Positions 36,879 through 45,779 of a stretch of DNA of 50,134 nt are shown piece after piece. The stretch is from Candidatus Omnitrophota bacterium (GTDB taxonomy: Bacteria; Omnitrophota; Gorgyraeia; JAGLLT01): the NCBI GenBank assembly GCA_023140385.1, contig JAGLLT010000008.1, positions 1 through 50,134 of the forward strand. The letters run 5' to 3'. The first letter of the stretch is position 1. Every line of letters begins with the position of its first letter. The position numbers were made by a program, and so were the translations under genes. The notes beneath the pieces are model-generated. The model was not told the DNA's origin, did not search any database, and worked only from the letters and a program-made list of their open reading frames with translations.

Positions 36879-37808
36879 ATGATATTGCTATATGTTGCTA
36901 TTTCTATACCCTTTATAATTGCCCTCTTCTCTCTTCTTAAAGACTGGAACGATGAGAAGCGGAGAATTTATATATCATTACTCATATTAACAATATGTGC
37001 CTTTATGGTAAGTTGTCTATGCACCTATTTCTCTGGGAGGGAAAGTGAAGAATTAAAAAAAGAAAATTATTTGAAAGATCGAAGGCAAATAACCCTAACT
37101 CTCCTCTGTAGCAACAGACTCCCTCTAAAACGCCCACTATCAAAAATAGAAAAAAATCTAAGAGCTAATAATTACGATTCAGCAATAGCTTTTGCCGAAG
37201 CAATTTTATTATATGCGAACACATTAGCGGACGGTGAAAGGCAGCAGGTAGTTCGTGATATATATATTTATTTTATCTATAATGCAGAAGATCGCAGGGA
37301 AAAAATTAAGCTTCTTGAATTAATAAATATAGAATATCCTGAAGAATTTGCCGAAGTGCATCGTTTGCTAGGGCAGCTTTATGCTGAAGAGGGACGCTTT
37401 AAGGATGCGATGCTAATTTTGAATAAAGCATTATATATAGAAGATGACAATAGTATAACGTATCATTTACTTGGTCGCGTATCTTTTGCCGAAGGAGATT
37501 GGGAGAAAGCGCTAAAATATTACAAAAGAGGAATAGAAAAAAATGAGAAATATGTAAATTTAAATATTGAAATAGGAGATATTATTTGGTGTTACACAAA
37601 TGACGTGGAAAAAGCAAAAGGGTACTACGAGAAGGCCATTGAGAATAAAGACATAAAAGATTGGTATTATTCTGCATATGAAGAGGATTTAATTAAGAGA
37701 CAATCTGTGGTCAGTAACAAGGATCTTCAATACAATATAAAACCAGCAGATAAAATCACTTTCTTTTTAAAAGAAACACCCTTTGTTGTAGAAGAAAGTA
37801 AAAAGTAA
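36879..37808 (+). CDS. Membrane-anchored TPR protein
   Basis: Two N-terminal TM segments; repeats LLGQLY..EG...DA, LLGRVS..EG..EKALKYY. Confidence 0.75.
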   Translation: MILLYVAISIPFIIALFSLLKDWNDEKRRIYISLLILTICAFMVSCLCTYFSGRESEELKKENYLKDRRQITLTLLCSNRLPLKRPLSKIEKNLRANNYDSAIAFAEAILLYANTLADGERQQVVRDIYIYFIYNAEDRREKIKLLELINIEYPEEFAEVHRLLGQLYAEEGRFKDAMLILNKALYIEDDNSITYHLLGRVSFAEGDWEKALKYYKRGIEKNEKYVNLNIEIGDIIWCYTNDVEKAKGYYEKAIENKDIKDWYYSAYEEDLIKRQSVVSNKDLQYNIKPADKITFFLKETPFVVEESKK

Positions 37809-37815
37809 AAATAAT

Positions 37816-38149
37816 ACTTGACAAATAGGTTAAGTTGTGGTATATTTATATCAACGAGAAAAAAGAGTTCTTTCAAATGACTATTGATATCGGAAGTAAA
37901 TTAAAGGCGAAAAGAGTGCAGATGAATTTAACTCAGCTGGAACTTGCGACAAAGGTTGGAGTTAGTGAAAGTTACATCTGCCAGATTGAGAATGGGAAGA
38001 TGGTATCGATCAAAAAGCTTGAGCAACTAGCAAAGGCAGTAGGATGCAAAGCAAAAGATCTTCTCTAGGATATTTTTTTAATTTGAAACTTGACAAATAA
38101 GTTAAGTAGCATATATTTTTTGCCCTATAACTTTACAAATAGGTTAAGT
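37816..38149 (+). promoter_or_regulatory. Three operator-like palindromes ACTT(G/T)AC-N6-GTTAAGT at 37816, 38088, 38130
   Basis: 20 bp near-identical imperfect palindromes flanking the XRE gene; two contain TTGACA. Confidence 0.8.
37877..38068 (+). CDS. XRE/Cro-type HTH regulator
   Basis: LTQLELATKVGVSESYICQIENG. Confidence 0.88.
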   Translation: MTIDIGSKLKAKRVQMNLTQLELATKVGVSESYICQIENGKMVSIKKLEQLAKAVGCKAKDLL

Positions 38150-38163
38150 AAGGAGGTGAGAAG

Positions 38164-38301
38164 GTGATAGAGATTAAATTTAGCAGACATACGCTGTCGA
38201 CTTTTGAAAAGATGCATTATGCGTGGGTCATCAAGGTGCTTATGACATGTATGGTTCATTTAGGGAAAAGCATTAAGATAATTACAATAGTGTTTAAATA
38301 G
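38164..38301 (+). CDS. Small ORF (45 aa), possible DUF4258-like remnant
   Basis: AGGAGGTG RBS; MIEIKFSRHT...SIKIITIVFK; below the ORF-track cutoff. Confidence 0.4.
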   Translation: MIEIKFSRHTLSTFEKMHYAWVIKVLMTCMVHLGKSIKIITIVFK

Positions 38302-38311
38302 GAGGTTAATT

Positions 38312-38515
38312 GTGGAAAGATTTGTAAGCATAAGTGAAGTATCAAAGTTTTTGGATGTGAAAGAATCAACCTTGTATGTTTGGAGATATAAAGGCATGAT
38401 TCCCTGCTACAAAGTAGGGGGTAGGGTGCTTTTTCGATTATCAGAATTAAACAAGTTCGCTGAATCATTTAAACAGCCGGTATTGGCAAAACCGGCAGTA
38501 AGAATAGCAGGGTAG
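38312..38515 (+). CDS. Excisionase-type HTH (HTH_17) protein
   Basis: SISEVSKFLDVKESTLYVW...IPCYKVG...LF; directly upstream of the integrase. Confidence 0.85.
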   Translation: MERFVSISEVSKFLDVKESTLYVWRYKGMIPCYKVGGRVLFRLSELNKFAESFKQPVLAKPAVRIAG

Positions 38516-38524
38516 TAATAAGAC

Positions 38525-39580
38525 ATGGGCGTAGTTTACAAAAGAAAAGATAGCCCTTGCTGGTGGCTGGCTTATTCAGCGGGAGGGCAAAGGATAAGAG
38601 AAAGCTCCGGTACTGCTTCGAAATTACTTGCCAGAGAAATCCTGATCCGAAAGGAATCCGAAGTTTTACTTTCCGGGGGCAGCAGAGTTTTCTTAAAAAA
38701 ATCTGTAGAGGTCTTTGTTTCTGATTATTTAGAATGGATAAAGGTTAACCGTCGTGAACATACTCTTCGGAGTTACACGACTATTCTAAAAACCTTCGTT
38801 AATTTTCTCAAGGACTATCCTAATATCAAAAACCTATCAGATATTACGTCCAAACTGCTTGAAAATTATAAACAGTATAGATTAGCTCAAGCTAAAACCT
38901 GTACACTAAAAAATCATGTAATTGTTTTAAAGGCCTTTTTTTGTAAAGCAGTAGAGTGGGATTGTTTATCTGAAAATCCGGCTAAAAATTTAAAATCGGT
39001 CGAAATAATTGATTCGAAACCAATTAAAGTATTAACGGAAGAAGAGTACACTGGATTTATGACTACCTGCAAAAGTGAATTTAAAGAATTTTATCCTATG
39101 TTTTATACTTTTATACACACCGGATTAAGAAAATCAGAGCTTCTTAGTCTTGAGTGGAAGGATGTAGATTTTGAAAGAGGTTTAATATATATACGCAATA
39201 AAGAAAATTTTCGGCCTAAAGGAATAAATAAAAAAACAGGTAAAGCCAAAGAAAGAATAATTCCCATACACGATAATCTCAAGCGGGTATTAACAAACTT
39301 ACCGAAAAACAACCCGGTTCTATTTGGGCCATATTCAAAACATATGCCAAGACGAGTTCTTATAAGAATAGCAAAAAGAGCAAACATCACCGGCCTTACC
39401 AGATTGCATGAGCTTAGACATTCATACGCCACATTTCTATTGAAAAAAGGCGTGGATATATATAAAATAAAAGAGTTATTGGGTCATTCTGATATAAGGG
39501 ATACTATGAAGTATGCACATTTACCCACAGTTCATATGAAAGAGGATGTGAAGGTATTGGAAAATTTAGATAATGCTTGA
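38525..39580 (+). CDS. Tyrosine recombinase/phage-type integrase
   Basis: TGLRKSE, HELRHSYAT, LLGH, TMKYAH; N-terminal arm-binding-like region. Confidence 0.95.
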   Translation: MGVVYKRKDSPCWWLAYSAGGQRIRESSGTASKLLAREILIRKESEVLLSGGSRVFLKKSVEVFVSDYLEWIKVNRREHTLRSYTTILKTFVNFLKDYPNIKNLSDITSKLLENYKQYRLAQAKTCTLKNHVIVLKAFFCKAVEWDCLSENPAKNLKSVEIIDSKPIKVLTEEEYTGFMTTCKSEFKEFYPMFYTFIHTGLRKSELLSLEWKDVDFERGLIYIRNKENFRPKGINKKTGKAKERIIPIHDNLKRVLTNLPKNNPVLFGPYSKHMPRRVLIRIAKRANITGLTRLHELRHSYATFLLKKGVDIYKIKELLGHSDIRDTMKYAHLPTVHMKEDVKVLENLDNA

Positions 39581-39653
39581 ATTTATTGCTATAGCCACTT
39601 ATAATAGAAAAGGCCACGCAGTTTGATGCCTTGGAAGGGGAGAGCTTTTAATC

Positions 39654-40499
39654 ATGATAAAAGGTAACAAGAATAAGCCATACTTCAAAAGTGATAACTT
39701 CGAACTCTATTTAGATGACTGTAGGGATTCTTTGAATAATTTGCCTGAAGAATCAGTGGATATGATATTTGCGGACCCCCCGTATAATTTATCCAATGGC
39801 GGTTTTACCTGCCATGCCGGCAAAAGAGTTCCTGTTAATAAAGGCAGTTGGGACGAAAGCAAGGGTTTAGATAAAGATTTAAAGTTTCACATAGCTTGGA
39901 TAAACGCATGTAGGCGCGTTTTAAAGCCTAATGGTACAATTTGGATTAGCGGAACTTATCACTCAATTTATCGCTGTGGATATGCGTTGGAAGTATCAGG
40001 ATATCATATATTAAATGATATAAGTTGGCTTAAGCCTAACGCGGCCCCCAATTTAAGCTGCCGCTTTTTTACCGCAAGTCATGAAACAATAATTTGGGCC
40101 AGAAAAAATAAAAAAGCTAAGCATGTGTTTAATTATAATCTTATGCGCAACGGTGAATGGCCGGGAGATATTATAAAGAAACCCAATAAGCAAATGCGTT
40201 CTGTATGGAGCATTAACACACCTAAACCATTTGAGAAAACATTTGGCAAGCATCCGACTCAAAAGCCGGAAGATTTGCTTAAAAGAATTGTTTTGTCGAG
40301 TACAAACAAAGAACAACTTGTGCTAGATCCCTTTACGGGTAGCTCTACAACAGGACTTGTTGCACATTTATATGGTAGAAAATTTATTGGTATAGATAAT
40401 GAAAGATCTTACCTTGATTTATCGATAAAAAGATTTAATTTACTTAATGCCAACGTAAAGAAAAAACGTGATAGAAAACCAAAGGCGGTACTTGTATGA
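39654..40499 (+). CDS. N6-adenine/N4-cytosine DNA methyltransferase, beta class (DpnIIB-like)
   Basis: DMIFADPPY, HPTQKP, LDPFTGSSTT. Confidence 0.92.
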   Translation: MIKGNKNKPYFKSDNFELYLDDCRDSLNNLPEESVDMIFADPPYNLSNGGFTCHAGKRVPVNKGSWDESKGLDKDLKFHIAWINACRRVLKPNGTIWISGTYHSIYRCGYALEVSGYHILNDISWLKPNAAPNLSCRFFTASHETIIWARKNKKAKHVFNYNLMRNGEWPGDIIKKPNKQMRSVWSINTPKPFEKTFGKHPTQKPEDLLKRIVLSSTNKEQLVLDPFTGSSTTGLVAHLYGRKFIGIDNERSYLDLSIKRFNLLNANVKKKRDRKPKAVLV

Positions 40500-41017
40500 T
40501 AAAGGGCGGCAAAGGTGGAGGCAAAACAATAACGGGCTTAAGATTTGAGTCTAGAATATCTCTTGAAAAAGCAATTTCTTCTCTTTCCCATTATAAAGTT
40601 TCAGATGACACTATTTATTATAAAGATAAGAAGGTTGCAGAATTATACCAAAAACACAAATTATATAAAAACTTATTAGAGCCAAATGATATTGATTTTA
40701 AAGCTATCATTTCTAAAAAATTACTTCCTGATGAAGCGATCTTAATAATAAAAGATAAAACACTCTTTATTATAGAAATCAAATTTCAAGAAGTGGCCGG
40801 TTCTGTTGATGAGAAGCTGCAGACTTGTGATTTTAAGAATAAGCAATACAAAAAATTGCTAACCCCTTTAAACATATCTGTTAAATATGTTTATGTTCTT
40901 AATGACTGGTTCAAAAAGAAAGAGTATAAAGATGTATTAGATTATGTGAAATCGGTTGACTGCTACTATTTCTTTAATGAACTTCCTTTAGATTTCCTAG
41001 ACTTACCCATGCCTTAA
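40496..41017 (+). CDS. PD-(D/E)XK nuclease, probable type II restriction endonuclease
   Basis: LPDE...IEIK, GSVDEK; ATGA overlap with the MTase. Confidence 0.75.
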   Translation: MIKGGKGGGKTITGLRFESRISLEKAISSLSHYKVSDDTIYYKDKKVAELYQKHKLYKNLLEPNDIDFKAIISKKLLPDEAILIIKDKTLFIIEIKFQEVAGSVDEKLQTCDFKNKQYKKLLTPLNISVKYVYVLNDWFKKKEYKDVLDYVKSVDCYYFFNELPLDFLDLPMP

Positions 41018-41035
41018 CTATCTGTTTTAGTTTCA

Positions 41036-42898
41036 ATGCACCACGATAAAATAAAGAGTGCAGAGCAAAAGTTAAACAACATAAGCAATATATTCCAAAG
41101 TAATACGTTACTGCAAAAACCCACTAATCAAATTGAGGAGAAAGCTATCGTGAGAGGTAGTATAAAAAATTGTGAAGACCTTCATTTTTCAGAGTTTTGT
41201 TCAGAAAGAAGAATGTTTATTGTGCCCACATTTCAACGTGCTTACAAATGGACCACTAAAAATATAAGCGATTTATGGGAAAGTATTACATCTTATCCAA
41301 GTAAGTATTTTATTGGTAATATTGTCTGCTTGGAAGGGGCAAGTAATATAGATGGAAGAATGTTAATTATTGATGGACAACAAAGATTGATAACTGTCTC
41401 TTTAATTTTAACGGCTATAAGAGATGAGTATAAAGAAATCGCCAAAACTGTCAAAGGGGAAGACAAAGAAAGCATTGAAGAAAGTTTAGATACAATAAAA
41501 AATATCCTGACACATAAGGAACTCAAAAGGACGGCAAAAAGAGAGCCAAGAATTTTACCTGGAAGAAAGAATGCTTGTGATGTGTATATTAAAATTCTAG
41601 ATAGTAAAATAAATGTTAATAATAAGGCAGAACTAAAAAACTTAGATGGAAGCCAAATAAAATATGTTAAAAACTACAAAACAATAAAAAAGCTTCTTGC
41701 AGAATATATAAAAGATAATAAGCTTGATAAGCTAGAAGATATATTGGGCAGAGTTTTAGATTTGGTAATAATAACTATCATATGTGAAACTGATAGCGAT
41801 GCCTATAATATATTCGAAGGGTTAAATGCGACTGGAATAGGTCTATCTGTTGCTGATTTAGTAAAAAATGCTGTAATGTATTCAGCTGGCAGTACTGATG
41901 CGAGAAAAAGCGTAGAACAAAATTGGGAACTGATGGAAAGTGTCTTTGAAAAAACAACGGTCTCGCTAATTCCCAAGTTTTTAAGGCATCAATGGATATC
42001 GCACGAAGGGTATATTCAGGGTAGTAAGCTCTTTGACAGCATTAAAAGTAAAAAACTAAAAGGCAAGAGCAACGCAAAGATAGTTAATTATGTGAAGTCG
42101 ATATTAAACGATGCCAAGCTATATTCTGATTTACGTTCTGACAACGATGATGAATTAAAGCGATATTTCAATCAAAAAAGTATAGAAATTTTGAAGTGGT
42201 TCCAAGTTCTTAATATAGATCAAGTTTATGAGCTTATTTTGGCGTTTTGTAACAAGTTTATTTCATCTAAGGGCATATATACCGAGGGGCAATTATGTGC
42301 GGATTTAGATAGGCTGTGGTCTTTTTCTTTTAGAGCAAAGCTTCTTTCGTTAAATCCTTCTGATTATGAGAAAGTTTTTGCAGAACAATGTAAGTTAACC
42401 GAAAGATATAATAAAAAAGAAATGAACAGAATGACAGCAAAGTTTTATTCGACGCTTAAGAAAAAAGTTTCAAATGACAATGATTTTATAGACAAATTTG
42501 CTAGTGAAATATGGTATAAAGATGGTTCAAAAAACAGTTTGATTTATCATATTTTCAATACTATGTTCAAAAAGAAAAATCCAGGCATACAGCTTGTAAG
42601 TCCAACGATAGAGCATATATTACCTAAAAAACCTCAAAAATGGGGTTATGAACAAAGCGAAATAAAAGAGTTTGTTGATAACATAGGTAATTTAAGTTTA
42701 CTTTATGATAGTGACAATAAGAAAACTGGTAACGAAAAAATGGATGATAAGGTTAAAAAAGTGTATTCTGTATCGCCATTCGCTATTAATAATGAGATAG
42801 CGAGATATAAAAAAGATTTTGAAGAAGATCCTGAAAAAGCGATAGAAAAAAGAGCGAAAGCATTGGCAAGAGAAGCAGCAGAGCTTTGGAAATTATAG
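41036..42898 (+). CDS. GmrSD/SspE-like DUF262 + DUF1524 (HNH) protein
   Basis: VPTFQRAYKW, DGQQR, FEGLNATG, EHILP, IGNLSLL...N. Confidence 0.9.
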   Translation: MHHDKIKSAEQKLNNISNIFQSNTLLQKPTNQIEEKAIVRGSIKNCEDLHFSEFCSERRMFIVPTFQRAYKWTTKNISDLWESITSYPSKYFIGNIVCLEGASNIDGRMLIIDGQQRLITVSLILTAIRDEYKEIAKTVKGEDKESIEESLDTIKNILTHKELKRTAKREPRILPGRKNACDVYIKILDSKINVNNKAELKNLDGSQIKYVKNYKTIKKLLAEYIKDNKLDKLEDILGRVLDLVIITIICETDSDAYNIFEGLNATGIGLSVADLVKNAVMYSAGSTDARKSVEQNWELMESVFEKTTVSLIPKFLRHQWISHEGYIQGSKLFDSIKSKKLKGKSNAKIVNYVKSILNDAKLYSDLRSDNDDELKRYFNQKSIEILKWFQVLNIDQVYELILAFCNKFISSKGIYTEGQLCADLDRLWSFSFRAKLLSLNPSDYEKVFAEQCKLTERYNKKEMNRMTAKFYSTLKKKVSNDNDFIDKFASEIWYKDGSKNSLIYHIFNTMFKKKNPGIQLVSPTIEHILPKKPQKWGYEQSEIKEFVDNIGNLSLLYDSDNKKTGNEKMDDKVKKVYSVSPFAINNEIARYKKDFEEDPEKAIEKRAKALAREAAELWKL

Positions 42899-43065
42899 CT
42901 GGACAGTATTTGGTATGTAAATAGCGCTATATATTAGCACAGCATATATTTTAAGAAAACAAATAAAAGTAAAAAACTTCTTGACAGATGTCAGTAAAAT
43001 AACATCTGAAATTCCAGGGACACGATAGACAATTATTAAATAAGTATTATGTCCCCATAATTCGG

Positions 43066-43260
43066 CCAGCGACACCAAAAGATGCTCTTGATTGGGAAAC
43101 AATGAATAAATTATGTGCTCAAAATAAAGATTTCAAAAAATTCATACAAGATGTAAAAATTGATTTGGAATCAAAGAGAATGCATAAGTCAGAATATGAC
43201 AAAATAATTGATGACCCAGAAGAATATATAAAAAAGAAATTTCACGGGATTAATGTTTGA
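43066..43260 (+). pseudogene. C-terminal fragment of a COG2958/HrgA-like nuclease
   Basis: Manual translation PATPKDALDWETMNKLCAQNKDFKKFIQDVKID..., resembling the C-terminus of that family; no upstream portion. Confidence 0.5.
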
Positions 43261-43379
43261 TAGATAAACGCGAATTAGCAAACATGATTATAGACTAATG
43301 AAGAAAATATAGAAAATTGTGAGACGATTCTGATATAGTTGTTATTTTGATAGTGTACTAATATAAGAAGGAGGATGGA

Positions 43380-43814
43380 ATGAACAGAAAAGATTGGGCT
43401 CTATTCGCTATAAGCTATGCAGGAGAAGGCCACCTTTCCCCCGCCCAACTTCAAAAAAGTTTGTTTTTGCTTGGAGAAAATAAAAAATCAGCTGTTCGTA
43501 AAGATTTCTACAAATTTGCACCGTATAACTATGGGCCATTTTGCAAAGATATTTATTCTGATACGGGAAGCTTAGAAGCAGATGGTTTGATTAAATTTAG
43601 CCGCCCTATAGGGAGAAGTTGGGTTGGATATTCTCTAACGGGGGAAGGCAAAAAGCGGATAAAAGAGCTAAAAGATGCAGCAATAGCTGATGATTTAAAA
43701 TACCTCTCCGAAATTATAAGGTGGGTTAAAAGCATTTCATTTAAACAACTTCTAACAGCAATTTATAAAGAATACCCTAAATATAAAATTAACAGTCTTT
43801 TTTCAGGAGTATAA
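43380..43814 (+). CDS. Panacea/SocA (DUF4065/YwgA)-like winged-helix protein
   Basis: QLQKSLFL, YKFAPYNYGPF..DIY, YSLT.EG, IYKEYP. Confidence 0.75.
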   Translation: MNRKDWALFAISYAGEGHLSPAQLQKSLFLLGENKKSAVRKDFYKFAPYNYGPFCKDIYSDTGSLEADGLIKFSRPIGRSWVGYSLTGEGKKRIKELKDAAIADDLKYLSEIIRWVKSISFKQLLTAIYKEYPKYKINSLFSGV

Positions 43815-44600
43815 ATGACTTTAATAGTTGGTGTTAAATGTAATAATGGGATAGTAATTGGAGCCGATAGCGCCTCAACTAATACTACAAGCACGGGTCA
43901 GCAAACTGCAATGCAACCCACCAAGAAGTTAGATATCATTGACGATAATATAATTGTTGGTATTTCTGGATCTGTTGGGTTAGCGCAATTCTTTAAAGAG
44001 GAAGTCGAAAAGCTTTGGAAGAATAATGCTTTTTCAAATAAGGGAGTAGAAGAAGCAAGAATTAAAATTACTGGTGCATTCAGAACACATCTGATAAGAG
44101 AGGCAAAATTCGCGCAAGATTCGAGTAACATGTTAGGTCGATTGCATGAGCAGGAAATTATTTCTCATACTCTTATAGCAATGCCAGTTAAAAAGAATCT
44201 TGTACTTTTAGAATTTCCTGCTACGGGTTCATCTGAAGAAAAGAAAGAAGCGATGCCAACTGTAGCAATTGGATGTGCACAACCAATTGCAGACCCATTT
44301 TTATATTTTCTTAGGAGAGTTTTCTGGCCTGATAGGTTGCCTAGTTTAGTTGAAGGGAAAATAGCGGCTTATTGGGCATTAGATTATAGCATAAAAGCCT
44401 CACCAGCCAATGTTGGATTTCCCGTCAAAATAGCTATATTAGAAAAAAAGGGTAGCGATATAAAAGCTTATGAGTTACCCAAAGAAGAGCTCACATACCT
44501 AGGTAATATTGTTGACGAAGCAGAGAAATATTTAAAAAGATATGAAGCTCCTTCGGCAGAGGAGGACAGAATTGAAATCCCAAAACCTGAGAAAAAATAA
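43815..44600 (+). CDS. Proteasome beta-subunit-like Ntn hydrolase
   Basis: (M)TLIVGVKCNNGIVIGADS gives Thr1 and Asp17; KL at the K33-equivalent region, ISGS, AIGCA, VGFPV. Confidence 0.8.
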   Translation: MTLIVGVKCNNGIVIGADSASTNTTSTGQQTAMQPTKKLDIIDDNIIVGISGSVGLAQFFKEEVEKLWKNNAFSNKGVEEARIKITGAFRTHLIREAKFAQDSSNMLGRLHEQEIISHTLIAMPVKKNLVLLEFPATGSSEEKKEAMPTVAIGCAQPIADPFLYFLRRVFWPDRLPSLVEGKIAAYWALDYSIKASPANVGFPVKIAILEKKGSDIKAYELPKEELTYLGNIVDEAEKYLKRYEAPSAEEDRIEIPKPEKK

Positions 44601-44891
44601 AATCTGCCTTTTGATATCCTCCGGGGAGGGAATCTTGGCCGAAAGCCGGAGGGCCAAACTATATTTGAATATCCATATTGTTTTAACTATAAACAGTTTT
44701 TTAGTGTCGAAAGGTAATTTTTTACTATAGATAGTATAGATTTTTTATTCATAATCAATATTAGATATTGTAAGAATTAATATGCAAGATCTAAGTAAAT
44801 GTAATAACTTTATTTATTGAAAGCGCACGATTTTAACACGTTGACATTTCCCATAGTCATAATATAATATAAATAAAGATGTTATGGAGAG

Positions 44892-44918
44892 TGGGTTCGA
44901 ATCCCAGCCTCTCCGCCA
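44892..44918 (+). repeat. attR (duplicated tRNA-Ser(GGA) 3' end)
   Basis: 27 bp identical to 28686-28712. Confidence 0.92.
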
Positions 44919-45036
44919 TTCTACTTCGCTAACTATTTACATATTTAGCTTCGTAGGAATGGGCTTTTTCATTCTGCTATGCCATTCTACGTTTTTAGCA
45001 GAGCTATTTATCCACCGAAGCTATAAGCGTAGGTGG
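44919..45036. repeat. CTTCG-family palindromes after attR
   Basis: TTCTACTTCGCTAACTATTTACATATTTAGCTTCGTAGGAAT (cf. 9100-9140) and CCACCGAAGCTATAAGCGTAGGTGG. Confidence 0.85.
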
Positions 45037-45256
45037 GCGGCTGGCAGGCCAGTTTACGCTAGCCAACTCCGCCGGCCGGGAAGCCATAAATTTTAATATA
45101 TTAAATATAGCAAAAAATTATCCCTTCTCCTCCCCCCCTCTTTCCGCGATTAAAAAAGATTAAAAAATTCTTGCTTTTTAACTGGACTTAATGTATAATA
45201 TATTTTGTGCTATAAAAAAGCTGTTATTTTTTCAGGAAAGGCAGGTGTGTCTAAAA

Positions 45257-45778
45257 ATGAAAAAACCTTATAAACTATCCTATCTATTAAGCACAGTAGT
45301 TATCTTGGGACTTACCCTTATCTTTACTCCATCAGTCACATTAGCAACTGAAGACCAACTACCTGAAGAACCCCTGCCTTATCCACTTGAAGAGTTATTT
45401 TCAGTAGAAGCATCTCAAGTTATTCCATTAAATATAACCATAAAAGACATCACCCGCAGCCTTGAAGCGGGAGAAAGATACACTATCACCTGGCAGATAG
45501 AAGGCTTAACAGAAGAACAACCTGTAGAACATACCTGCCTTTACTGGGCATATCTATCCAATCTCGAAAGCCGGGAAGAACTTGAAGATTATAAAAACTA
45601 TCCCTATCAGGGACAGCTCTTTACCTACAACCAGGCTGAATACATAGATGAGGTTTTCCTTAATCCTCATGAGGTAGTGCCTCCGGCTATAATGCTGGTT
45701 ATCCATCTCAGTATTAATGGAAAAGACTATAACTTAGGCCCCATCCCCATAGATATTGTTTCATCACAGGAGAATTAG
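45257..45778 (+). CDS. Hypothetical secreted acidic protein
   Basis: Signal-peptide-like N-terminus from MKKPY; coupled to the next gene. Confidence 0.7.
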   Translation: MKKPYKLSYLLSTVVILGLTLIFTPSVTLATEDQLPEEPLPYPLEELFSVEASQVIPLNITIKDITRSLEAGERYTITWQIEGLTEEQPVEHTCLYWAYLSNLESREELEDYKNYPYQGQLFTYNQAEYIDEVFLNPHEVVPPAIMLVIHLSINGKDYNLGPIPIDIVSSQEN

Positions 45779-45779
45779 T

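Larger units (their letters stand above)
28686..44918. mobile_element. Integrative genomic (defence) island at tRNA-Ser(GGA), about 16.2 kb
   Basis: Exact 27 bp direct repeat TGGGTTCGAATCCCAGCCTCTCCGCCA at 28686-28712 and 44892-44918; tyrosine integrase and excisionase inside; AT-rich cargo. Confidence 0.9.

Noticed and set aside
43815-44600. Calling this gene hslV, prcB or anbu
   Set aside because: Length, sequence and neighbourhood (no hslU, prcA/pup or Anbu operon partners) do not support a specific symbol.
44881-44918. Additional tRNA gene
   Set aside because: Only the 27 bp 3' end is present; it is attR.
28713-44918. Prophage or ICE
   Set aside because: No structural, packaging, replication or conjugation genes; only int/xis/XRE plus cargo.
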